A DNA stretch of 64,000 nt from an uncultured cyanobacterium (GTDB taxonomy: Bacteria; Cyanobacteriota; Cyanobacteriia; Cyanobacteriales; CAWCAG01), in NCBI GenBank assembly GCA_963793425.1, contig CAWCAG010000005.1, positions 1,504,001 through 1,568,000 of the forward strand, in the 5' to 3' direction. Of the stretch, positions 9,465 to 19,142 are shown in pieces. Under the pieces are notes generated by a model, which saw nothing but the letters and a program-made list of their open reading frames with translations, was not told the origin of the DNA and did no database searches. Both the position numbers and the translations under genes were made by a program. Every line of letters begins with the position of its first letter. Positions within the stretch are counted from its first letter, which is position 1.

Positions 9465-10781
9465 GTGTTTATTGTTCTTAAATTATTAAGATTACTTTTA
9501 GCTATTGCTATTGTTGCCCTTGCCTTACTTTATAGAATGCCTTTTTGGGCAAATTGGCGTAGTGATTCTTTTTTGGGAATAGTTATAGTTGGTTTGGCGT
9601 TGCTTGTTTCAGAAACTTTTGCTTATCGGCGCAACTATACTATCACAAGAACTATTCTCAGTTCTGCCATTTTACTAGTAACAAGTTTGAGCTTGTGCCT
9701 CACTTTGGGGATAGAAACTAAATTTTATTTTGTCAAGCAAGCAGTATTAAATACACCAACATCACGCTTAGAATCTTTAGGAAAACATTTTGTAGTTGGC
9801 TATAGAGACTTAGGAGAAGTTAAGCAATTAGTTGAGAAAAAAGCCGTTAGTGGTATTTTCCTGACTAGCAGAAATATCAAAGGCAGAACTAAAGAAGCTA
9901 TTGCCCAAGAAATAAAAACCTTACAAACTATACGTCAAAAGCAAGGTTTATCTCCTTTATGGGTAGCAGTAGATCAAGAAGGAGGAATTGTTTCTCGTTT
10001 ATCTCCTCCTTTAACTCTTTTACCACCTTTAGCTGAAGTTGTCGAAAATACTAAAAATATTGCTGAGCGAGAAACTGAAGTAATTAAATATGCCACCATT
10101 CATGGTCAGGAATTAGCTGCTTTAGGAGTTAATCTTAACTTTGCTCCGGTAGTGGATCTCAACTATGGCATAATTAATCCTCAAGATAAATATTCCCGCA
10201 TTTATCAACGTGCGATCGCTCTTGATGAAAAAACAGTTAGTCAAGTAGCTTTGTGGTACTGTCAAACCTTAGAAGAATTTCAAGTTAGTTGCACTCTCAA
10301 GCATTTTCCTGGCTTAGGAAGTATTGCCGTAGATACTCATTTAAACAACGCAGAATTAACAACCACGGTAGAAAAATTAACTCAGCAAGATTGGCTTCCT
10401 TTTCAGGAAGTTGCCAGCAAATCTTCTGCTTTCACGATGTTAGGTCATGTCAAATTAACCGCAGTAGATTCTGAAAATCCTGTTTCTTTTTCCGAGAAAG
10501 TTGTTAAAGGTATAATTAGGGAAAAGTGGCAAAATCAGGGTATCTTAATCACAGATGATTTTAGTATGAATCCTGTTTCTCTTAGTCCGGATGGGGTAGA
10601 AGGTGCAACGCTTAAAGCGATTAATGGGGGAGTGGATTTAATTTTAATTTCTTTTGATCAAGATTTATTTTATCCGGCTATATTAGGTTTATTAAAAGCT
10701 CAAAAAGTAGGGGAACTAGAAAAATCAATGTTGAAAATAAGCAATCAAAGACTAACTAAAAATCAACCAAATAAATTTTAA
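9465..10781 (+). CDS. Membrane-anchored GH3 glycoside hydrolase (NagZ-like beta-N-acetylhexosaminidase)
   Basis: Three N-terminal hydrophobic segments; VDQEGG.V.RL, NFAPVVD, KHFPGLGxxxxDTH, ITDDFSM. Confidence 0.85.
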   Translation: MFIVLKLLRLLLAIAIVALALLYRMPFWANWRSDSFLGIVIVGLALLVSETFAYRRNYTITRTILSSAILLVTSLSLCLTLGIETKFYFVKQAVLNTPTSRLESLGKHFVVGYRDLGEVKQLVEKKAVSGIFLTSRNIKGRTKEAIAQEIKTLQTIRQKQGLSPLWVAVDQEGGIVSRLSPPLTLLPPLAEVVENTKNIAERETEVIKYATIHGQELAALGVNLNFAPVVDLNYGIINPQDKYSRIYQRAIALDEKTVSQVALWYCQTLEEFQVSCTLKHFPGLGSIAVDTHLNNAELTTTVEKLTQQDWLPFQEVASKSSAFTMLGHVKLTAVDSENPVSFSEKVVKGIIREKWQNQGILITDDFSMNPVSLSPDGVEGATLKAINGGVDLILISFDQDLFYPAILGLLKAQKVGELEKSMLKISNQRLTKNQPNKF

Positions 10782-10824
10782 TTCTAACTCATTCCTTGTT
10801 ACTTAAATTCGGGGGAATAATTCC

Positions 10825-11979
10825 ATTTCTTTATTAGATCCTCGCCAAGACTTTGCCCTTTGGGGAGTATTATTATTAGCTGCAACCATCGGTCTGTGGG
10901 CAGAAAGAACTCCTTGGGGAAGTAAAATCTCTAGTCCGATTATCACCATCACTATTACTTTTTTATTATCTAATTTTAGAATTATCCCTGCTGAAGCGCC
11001 TTCTTATCAAGTAGTCTGGTCTTACTTCGTTCCTTTAGCAATTCCTTTACTACTATTTCAAGCTAACTTAATTTTTATTATGCGCCAAGTAGGGCCTATC
11101 CTAGTTGCTTACATTATTGGTGCATTAGGAACTATCTTAGGTACAGTAATTGCCTATTATTTGTTACCTTTAGGGGAATCTGGTTGGCAATTAGCGGCTG
11201 TTTTCTGTGCTACTTATATTGGTGGTTTCGTTAACTTTGCTGCCACAGCGGAAACAGTCGGTTTACGCTCTGAGGACTTACTAAGTGCTGGGGTAGCTGT
11301 TAATAACTTATTAATGAGTATCTATTTTATAATTCTGTTTGCTTTACCATCTGTTGGGTGGTTACAACGCTTCTTTCCTAGCCAAGTTAATTATAAAACC
11401 TCCTCTTCTATACCCTTAGATCCGGCACTATCTATAGATAGAGAAAGGTTGCGACTATTAGATATTAGTGAGTCTTTGGCTATCAGCGCGATTATCTGTG
11501 CTTTAGGTTATGGCTTAGCTAACAAATTGGGCATACCTAGCAGTAAAATTCTCTTCATAACTGTTTTAATTTTGATTTTAGCTACCTTGTTTCCCACCTA
11601 CATTGGCTCAATTAAAGGAGCAGAAAAAATCGGTGTCCTTTTGATGCAAGTTTTTTTCGCCACTATAGGAGCTAGCGCTAATATTGAAATAGTTCTGCGT
11701 GTCGGACCACTCCTTTTTGTTTTTGCTGCCATAATCCTTGCTGTTCATTTAATAGTTTTGTTATTAGGAGGTTGGCTACTCAAACTCAAGCTATCTGAAT
11801 TGGCTATAGCTTCAAACGCCAATACAGGTGGCCCCACAACAGCTGCGGCTATGGCTGCGGCAAAGAGATGGCCGAAGCTAGTGACTCCAGCTATTTTGTG
11901 CGGGACATTGGGTTACGGGACAGCAACTTTTATTGGTGTAGTTTTGGGAAAGTTTCTGGGGGGGAAAGAGTTATTTTGA
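10825..11979 (+). CDS. DUF819-family membrane protein (frame extends upstream of the track ORF; probable ATT start)
   Basis: ATYIGGFVNF, IASNANTGGPTTAAAMA, GTLGY motifs; in-frame upstream region encodes WAERTPWGSK, LSNFRIIP, VPLAIPLLLF. Confidence 0.75.
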   Translation: MSLLDPRQDFALWGVLLLAATIGLWAERTPWGSKISSPIITITITFLLSNFRIIPAEAPSYQVVWSYFVPLAIPLLLFQANLIFIMRQVGPILVAYIIGALGTILGTVIAYYLLPLGESGWQLAAVFCATYIGGFVNFAATAETVGLRSEDLLSAGVAVNNLLMSIYFIILFALPSVGWLQRFFPSQVNYKTSSSIPLDPALSIDRERLRLLDISESLAISAIICALGYGLANKLGIPSSKILFITVLILILATLFPTYIGSIKGAEKIGVLLMQVFFATIGASANIEIVLRVGPLLFVFAAIILAVHLIVLLLGGWLLKLKLSELAIASNANTGGPTTAAAMAAAKRWPKLVTPAILCGTLGYGTATFIGVVLGKFLGGKELF

Positions 11980-12161
11980 TTACTAATTACTTAACTGGCA
12001 GAGTTGGAATTACTATGTTTTGTGACTGAATTCAGGAGAAATGTAGAGAAAGAATATCTTCTCGGTAAGACGGTAAAACTTATTTAAGTTTTTAATTTTT
12101 ATTAGCTAAAGCTTTCCTACGAGCAGCAGCGATCGCCTTCCAGTTAGAATTGTTCTAAATT

Positions 12162-12198
12162 GGAATACCCGTACCTTCTAGGTCGGGGAGGATGTCAA
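12162..12198 (+). mobile_element. Solitary IS200/IS605-family right-end remnant
   Basis: GGAATACCCGTACCTTCTAGGTCGGGGAGGATGTCAA: imperfect subterminal hairpin followed by GGAGGATGTCAA, resembling tnpB-element right ends. Confidence 0.6.
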
Positions 12199-12203
12199 AT
12201 TGA

Positions 12204-13436
12204 TCAGCCCCTCAAAAATAGCAAAGCTGATTGCAGTAAGCCAATTACAAAGCCGAGGATGCCCCCTAAATTAACGATGGCTTGTAATTCGTTTTTCACA
12301 ATACCTTGAACAGCTACTTCTAATTCTTGAGCAGAGGTTGATTCTACTTTGTCAGTGATTAGTTGATCTATGGAGAGGATGGGAATAATTTGGGCAATAA
12401 TTTTTTCTAAGTCTTCTTCTAAATAGCGTTCTAGAATTAGAGCCAATTCTTGACTAACTACTTCTAAAGAAGTATTGACAGCCTCAGAACTACGTAACCG
12501 ATTAATAATTAAGACGGATATCTTTTGCCAATCTACTGATTCCCCTAAATCTTGTAAAAACTCAGTACCCTTTTCTTGAACATAACTACGTACAGTTTCC
12601 CGGATGGTTTTCCTTAGTTGTCTGACGGTGGAAACAGGAAGATTTTGTAAAGAGAAGCTTTGTAGCCAAAACTGAAGGCGATCGCGCACTTCCAAAGATA
12701 AAATGAGTTCTTCGAGGCGAGCATTAGCGGCTTCCTTTTCTTCAATACAAAATAAGCGCAGGCGAGTCAAACTATTGCGTAAACCAAAGAGATTGGCAAA
12801 TACCCAATAAGTGCCACTAGATTTTTCCCGGAAACCTTCATCGATGATGGCAATATTGCGGTCGGTTAAGAAATCAATAATTGCTTGTCGTAGTAAGTCT
12901 GGGGGTAGGACGGTTTTGAGTAACCAGTTAGAAAGTTTTCTCGCTTGCAGAGGACGAAGCTGAAAATCCAAAAGAACTTTATCGAATATTTGATTGATCT
13001 GTACTTCTAGGAAGTCTTCGCTTCGCGCCCAAACTTTGAGCAGGCGGGGTAAGGATTGTCCTACTAAGTCTTGAAGTACGTTAGCAAGAACTTTAGCAGT
13101 TTTCTGTTCTTTGTCTGCTTGGACTTGTTCCAGGGACAGTTGTAGTAGCCAGAGAATGACACCTTTAACTCTTTCGGTTTTGAGTAGCCGCTTAGCGAGG
13201 TTTTGCAGTTCATTGGGGGTGAGTAAAGAACCCATGATAGTATCAGAAACCCTTTTGGCTAAGCGGCTTTGATTGCGAGGGATTAAACCTGGTGTGAAAG
13301 GGAGGCGCTTTTTCCCTAAGTAAATAGCCTTGTAAGGACGAAAGAGCATTTTGATGGCTAAATCATTAGTGAAATAGCCAATAAGACCTCCCGCGATGGG
13401 AGGTAAGAAGATAAACCAAAAATTAGATAGAGCCAA
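12204..13436 (-). CDS. DUF445 family protein
   Basis: [25 protein letters not shown]-terminal [17 protein letters not shown]. Confidence 0.9.
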   Translation of the reverse strand: MALSNFWFIFLPPIAGGLIGYFTNDLAIKMLFRPYKAIYLGKKRLPFTPGLIPRNQSRLAKRVSDTIMGSLLTPNELQNLAKRLLKTERVKGVILWLLQLSLEQVQADKEQKTAKVLANVLQDLVGQSLPRLLKVWARSEDFLEVQINQIFDKVLLDFQLRPLQARKLSNWLLKTVLPPDLLRQAIIDFLTDRNIAIIDEGFREKSSGTYWVFANLFGLRNSLTRLRLFCIEEKEAANARLEELILSLEVRDRLQFWLQSFSLQNLPVSTVRQLRKTIRETVRSYVQEKGTEFLQDLGESVDWQKISVLIINRLRSSEAVNTSLEVVSQELALILERYLEEDLEKIIAQIIPILSIDQLITDKVESTSAQELEVAVQGIVKNELQAIVNLGGILGFVIGLLQSALLFLRG

Positions 13437-13526
13437 CGTTAAATATTAAACAACATTCAAGAAAAATAATGATGAGGAGAACCAGCTATCTTAGCTAGGC
13501 TATTCCTAACTCACTTATCATTTATT

Positions 13527-14222
13527 TTACGCTTTCTCTAGAACTAAGATTCCCATTGTTCCTCCAGCAAGGGGAAAATGGATAGCTTTGACAAATCCTG
13601 CTTCTAGGGCTAAGCTAACTTGCTTTTCTCCTTTGGGGAACCGTTCTACACTAGGGGCGATGTAAGCGTATTCTTCAGTTACACCAAAGTGTTGGGCTGT
13701 GGGGACGACAATATTTTCTAAGTACCAGCTTTGGAATAGCTGCATGAAGGGTTGGCTAGGTTGGTGAAAGTCGAGGATAGCCGCTTTGCTACTAGGTTTT
13801 AGGATACGGAATAGTTCTTTTAAGCAAAGGGGAATGTTGGTGACGTTACGCAAGCCGTAACCGATGGTGGCGCAGTTGAAATAGTTATCCTCAAAGGGTA
13901 AATTGAGGGCATCTCCTTCAATCCAGGTGATGGGAAGGTTGGGGGAGTTTTCTTTGGCCACAGCTAATAAGTCAGCAGAAAAGTCAAGACCGATTGTTTC
14001 CCCTGGAGAACCTATTTTTTTAGCTAATAAGCGAGTTAAATCCCCGCTGCCACAACAAATATCTAAACCCCTATCCCCTGGTTGAGGTTCTACCCATTTT
14101 ACTGTCATCAGTTTCCAAATTCTGTGTTGCCCAAGGCTTAACCAATCGTTCATCTGGTCGTATACTGGGGCAATACGGTTAAAGATGGTTTGGATTTCGG
14201 AGGCGGTGGTTTGGTTTGGCAT
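13527..14222 (-). CDS. ubiE: Demethylmenaquinone/phylloquinone methyltransferase (UbiE/MenG)
   Basis: FNRIAPVYDQMND.LSLGQHR.WK, LDICCGSGD, GDALNLPF, GYGLRNV. Confidence 0.9.
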   Translation of the reverse strand: MPNQTTASEIQTIFNRIAPVYDQMNDWLSLGQHRIWKLMTVKWVEPQPGDRGLDICCGSGDLTRLLAKKIGSPGETIGLDFSADLLAVAKENSPNLPITWIEGDALNLPFEDNYFNCATIGYGLRNVTNIPLCLKELFRILKPSSKAAILDFHQPSQPFMQLFQSWYLENIVVPTAQHFGVTEEYAYIAPSVERFPKGEKQVSLALEAGFVKAIHFPLAGGTMGILVLEKA

Positions 14223-14335
14223 TTTGCTAATTTACATTTATTACTTATCATTAAACATTGATCATTTACTGCGTCACCTTTTCTGCACTTACGGGTGATA
14301 AATTTTGAAAAGTTGCTGGTGTTTTTACGGGATTT

Positions 14336-14561
14336 TGCGCGGCAGGGTAGGTCACAGAATGGCATTTAAGTTAAAAATGGCTGAAAGCAGCTTGGAGAGA
14401 GAGTTTCAGGAGGTTTTGTTTTTGGGAGTGCCGCGCACCTTATACAGCAAGGGTTTCAGCGTTTTGACCTTGTTTTTTAGGGTCGGTTATGATAACTTTA
14501 TAGGTGTGCCGCGCAAATGTACTTTGAAAACTAAATACATTAAGGGTTTCAAACTACCGCA
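14336..14561 (+). promoter_or_regulatory. CRISPR leader with sigma70-like promoter
   Basis: TTGACC (14464-14469), 18 nt, TATGAT (14488-14493); GTGCCGCGCA at 14428 and 14506 with an inverted copy at 14336; AAGGGTTTCA at 14449 and 14542. Confidence 0.7.
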
Positions 14562-17483
14562 GTTGCAATTTCTCTTAATCCCTATTAGGGATTGAAACAT
14601 AATGCAATTCCTCAGCCAACTCAAAGGCGAGAGTTGCAACTTCTCTTAATCCCTATTAGGGATTGAAACTGCGGCATAAACTGCCACAAGCGAGAGAGTA
14701 TATTAGTTGCAACTTCTCTTAATCCCTATTAGGGATTGAAACTAAACAGACAAACAATCACCCACAACTTAATTGAGAGTTGCAATTTCTCTTAATCCCT
14801 ATTAGGGATTGAAACAAATTTATATTATTTTTTAATAATGGCAGTAATTTATGTTGCAATTTCTCTTAATCCCTATTAGGGATTGAAACAACTAAATAAT
14901 ATACTGGAGGTTACTAGAGTAAGTCTCAGCGTTGCAATTTCTCTTAATCCCTATTAGGGATTGAAACAAAATAAGTGTAAATCTATACATAAAATACATT
15001 TAGTTGCAATTTCTCTTAATCCCTATTAGGGATTGAAACTCCACTCATCTTTTAAAGTTTTGATTTTGTCGTGTTGCAATTTCTCTTAATCCCTATTAGG
15101 GATTGAAACGCCTGAGAAAGAAAAGGAAAATATTAGTACATCTTTCGTTGCAATTTCTCTTAATCCCTATTAGGGATTGAAACTTTATATTTTGGGCCAA
15201 GATTATGCCCTTATTTCCTCTCGTTGCAATTTCTCTTAATCCCTATTAGGGATTGAAACGCCAATATTCCTGCAAACCAAGACTTTTATAAATTCCTTGT
15301 TGCAATTTCTCTTAATCCCTATTAGGGATTGAAACAGCCGAACAGTCAACACTAGGTTTGGGGGCATTGATGTTGCAATTTCTCTTAATCCCTATTAGGG
15401 ATTGAAACTTGTTTCCGTCCTCCCTGGCAAGCAACCATCTCTTGTTGCAATTTCTCTTAATCCCTATTAGGGATTGAAACAAATACATTGATTGATTTAC
15501 GGTTAAGTAGGGGTGTTGCAATTTCTCTTAATCCCTATTAGGGATTGAAACTATGGCAGAAAACAGGCTAAGTGGAAGACGCAGCTTCAGGTTGCAATTT
15601 CTCTTAATCCCTATTAGGGATTGAAACTAGCTTGCTGACTATGGGAGTAAATGATACAATGTTGCAATTTCTCTTAATCCCTATTAGGGATTGAAACATA
15701 GAAGATTTGGGAACCTATCAGGGGAAAGTTTGTTGTTGCAATTTCTCTTAATCCCTATTAGGGATTGAAACACTTCTTTGTGGGCTAGGAGCGGTTGTCA
15801 GCCGCGTTGCAATTTCTCTTAATCCCTATTAGGGATTGAAACGGCGGAGCAATCAACGGTAGGTTTGGGAGCATCGAGTTGCAATTTCTCTTAATCCCTA
15901 TTAGGGATTGAAACTTGCTTTTTTTCTGCTTCTAATATTCAATCTGAAGTTGCAATTTCTCTTAATCCCTATTAGGGATTGAAACATTTGGCAAAACTTC
16001 CTCTGAATTCATTACTGATTTTGATAGTTGCAATTTCTCTTAATCCCTATTAGGGATTGAAACAGTTACAGACTACCAGAGGGCCGGACTCTCCGGGTTG
16101 CAATTTCTCTTAATCCCTATTAGGGATTGAAACACATTAAAGGACGTTCTAATGATTTCAAATAATGTTGCAATTTCTCTTAATCCCTATTAGGGATTGA
16201 AACGAATAATTTGTTTCTGTATAAGAAAAACTGCTTGGTTGCAATTTCTCTTAATCCCTATTAGGGATTGAAACCGTTACATCATTTTTGTAACCTTTGT
16301 TTGATTGTTTATTGGTTGCAATTTCTCTTAATCCCTATTAGGGATTGAAACAAGCCCCATAATGTAAAGACACATTTCTTCAAAATGTTGCAATTTCTCT
16401 TAATCCCTATTAGGGATTGAAACAACGCGATACGGTACAATCTCCCGCTCTGGGGGGTTGCAATTTCTCTTAATCCCTATTAGGGATTGAAACACCGATG
16501 CCTACCTAGATGCTAATCTCTCCCTCGCTCGTTGCAATTTCTCTTAATCCCTATTAGGGATTGAAACCTCTCCATCCTTGCAAGTGTTTAAGATACCCTA
16601 AGGGGTCGTTGCAATTTCTCTTAATCCCTATTAGGGATTGAAACCAAGATATGAGTGCTGACCCAACAGATGGTAGTCAAGTTGCAATTTCTCTTAATCC
16701 CTATTAGGGATTGAAACTGCATCCTTTTATTGATTCTCATTCCTCTTGTAAGTTGCAACTTCTCTTAATCCCTATTAGGGATTGAAACCCAGCCTCTCCG
16801 GTTGCTAAGGTTGTTAGGGATGTGTTGCAATTTCTCTTAATCCCTATTAGGGATTGAAACGTTGTTTGTGACGAGCTGGCTGTTTTTTCTGCTGCTGTTG
16901 CAATTTCTCTTAATCCCTATTAGGGATTGAAACATGGCTTGTATGCGATCAAGATATTGATTGCCGCCGTTGCAATTTCTCTTAATCCCTATTAGGGATT
17001 GAAACGTTTTCCAGTCAATTAAAGATAGTTGTCCCACCTGTTGCAATTTCTCTTAATCCCTATTAGGGATTGAAACTTTGCCTTGGAACTCCTTTACTTC
17101 TTTTTCCGTAGTTTTTTTGTTGCAATTTCTCTTAATCCCTATTAGGGATTGAAACTGAAAAGGAAATTCTTGCCTATCTAGAGAAAGGTTGCAATTTCTC
17201 TTAATCCCTATTAGGGATTGAAACTCTCAAAAAAGCGAATAAAGCTAGGAAAGTCCCCGTTGCAACTTCTCTTAATCCCTATTAGGGATTGAAACATTTC
17301 TGATGAGCTCTGCTTAGATATCCTGCTAGCAGTTGCAACTTCTCTTAATCCCTATTAGGGATTGAAATGCCGTTGGGCAAAGCGTTGCAGAATCGCGATC
17401 GCAACTTGCAATTTCTGTTAATACCTATAAGGAATTGAAAGGCGATTCCAATAAAAACTTAACAAGAAAGCGAGTTGCAACTT
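14562..17483 (+). CRISPR. CRISPR array, 37-bp repeat GTTGCAATTTCTCTTAATCCCTATTAGGGATTGAAAC (probably type I-D associated), 40 spacers
   Basis: 39 near-identical repeats, one degenerate (17405-17441) and one truncated (17474-17483); spacers 32-42 nt; hairpin AATCCC-TATTA-GGGATT; ATTGAAAC 3' handle; decay at the right end fixes orientation. No cas gene in window. Confidence 0.98.
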
Positions 17484-17768
17484 TAACTCACCACTAATTT
17501 ATACTTCGCAGCAAAAATATTAAACTTTAAGATTATTTCTTTTATCTTTTGTGATAATATGTTTTAAGGGGAAATAGATGCTGCCATCAAAAAAATCGAG
17601 TCTATTCCCATTATCTAAAATAATTTTACCTTGTCAAGGAAAATAAAAGTCAAAGCTTAAAATAACTTAACTTTCGTTGCTAAATTGCTAATCATTCATC
17701 CTATCTCCCCAACTCCCCATCTCTCCAAAAGCAGACTAAAATAAAGCTTACAATTAAGGCAAAAGAGC

Positions 17769-19130
17769 ATGAACTTACCAATAGTTGCTGTCATTGGCCG
17801 ACCCAATGTCGGTAAATCAACCTTGGTTAACCGCATTGCTAGCACCAGCAACGCAATCGTACACGACGAACCAGGCATAACCCGCGATCGCATCTATCAA
17901 CCAGCTTTTTGGCAAGACCGGGAATTTCTGGTGGTAGACACAGGAGGGTTGGTTTTTGATGATGATACAGAATTCCTCCCTTTAATTAGGGAACAAGCCT
18001 TCGCAGCCCTAACAGAAGCCAGTGTAGGAATTTTTGTAGTTGATGGACAAATGGGACCAACTGCTGGAGACATGGAAATTGCTGATTGGTTACGACAGCA
18101 AAGTGTACCGATTATGTTGGCTGTTAATAAGTGTGAATCTATTGACCAAGGAATTGTTCAAGCGGCCCAGTTTTGGGAACTGGGTTTAGGGGAACCCTAC
18201 CCCGTATCAGGGATTCATGGTAGTGGTACAGGAGAGTTCCTTGATAAATTGATCACTTATCTTCCTCAGCACGATATTCTGCCTGATAACCAAGAAATTA
18301 AAGTTGCTATAGTTGGTCGCCCTAATGTGGGCAAGTCTAGCTTACTTAATGCTTTCACCGGGGAATCTCGTTCTATTGTTAGTCCTATTTCTGGTACAAC
18401 CCGCGATGCCATTGATATGGTTGTGGAAAGAGAAGGAAAAATTTATCGTTTAATTGATACGGCGGGTATTCGTAAGAAGAAAAACGTTGATTATGGGGCG
18501 GAGTTTTTTGGTATTAATCGGGCTTTTAAAGCTATTCGCCGTGCGGATGTAGTTTTGATTGTTATTGATGCGGTGGATGGGATTACAGAACAAGATCAAA
18601 AACTAGCGAATCGTGTTATAGAAGAAGGAAGGGCAGCGGTTATTGTTGTTAATAAATGGGATGCGGTAGATAAAGATTCTTATACCATTTATGACTATAA
18701 AAAACACGTTGACGACCGTTTTTATTTCTTAACTTGGGCAGACAAGATTTTTGTTAGCGCCTTGACAGGACAGCGGGTGGAAAAAATACTTGATTTAGTG
18801 GATACTGCCGCAGAAGAGCATTCTCGTCGAGTTAGTACTTCGGTAATTAATGAAGTAATTCAAGAAGCAATTACTTGGCACTCTGCCCCCACTACCCGCC
18901 AAGGAAAACAAGGCAAAGTTTATTATGGTACACAAGTTAGAACTCAGCCACCGACTATTACCCTATTTGTGAATGATCCTAAACGTTTTACCGAAAATTA
19001 TCGCCGTTATATGGAACGTCAATTCAGAATTTCTTTAGGCTTCACTGGCACTCCTATGCGTTTATTATGGCGAGGCAAAAAGGTTCGTGATGTGGAAAAC
19101 AGAGGAGCAAATCGCGCTGTTAAAGTTTAG
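17769..19130 (+). CDS. der: Ribosome biogenesis GTPase Der (EngA)
   Basis: Two G domains (GRPNVGKS twice, DTGG/DTAG, NKCE/NKWD) plus KH-like tail. Confidence 0.97.
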   Translation: MNLPIVAVIGRPNVGKSTLVNRIASTSNAIVHDEPGITRDRIYQPAFWQDREFLVVDTGGLVFDDDTEFLPLIREQAFAALTEASVGIFVVDGQMGPTAGDMEIADWLRQQSVPIMLAVNKCESIDQGIVQAAQFWELGLGEPYPVSGIHGSGTGEFLDKLITYLPQHDILPDNQEIKVAIVGRPNVGKSSLLNAFTGESRSIVSPISGTTRDAIDMVVEREGKIYRLIDTAGIRKKKNVDYGAEFFGINRAFKAIRRADVVLIVIDAVDGITEQDQKLANRVIEEGRAAVIVVNKWDAVDKDSYTIYDYKKHVDDRFYFLTWADKIFVSALTGQRVEKILDLVDTAAEEHSRRVSTSVINEVIQEAITWHSAPTTRQGKQGKVYYGTQVRTQPPTITLFVNDPKRFTENYRRYMERQFRISLGFTGTPMRLLWRGKKVRDVENRGANRAVKV

Positions 19131-19142
19131 GAATTCTCAACC

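Noticed and set aside
14150..17046. Track ORFs 14150-14365, 14305-14595, 15312-15521, 16837-17046
   Set aside because: Translations of the CRISPR leader and repeats (FQSLIGIKRNCN recurring), not genes.
14599..17473. Self-targeting spacers within the window
   Set aside because: No match noticed by eye; needs BLASTN, so not claimed.
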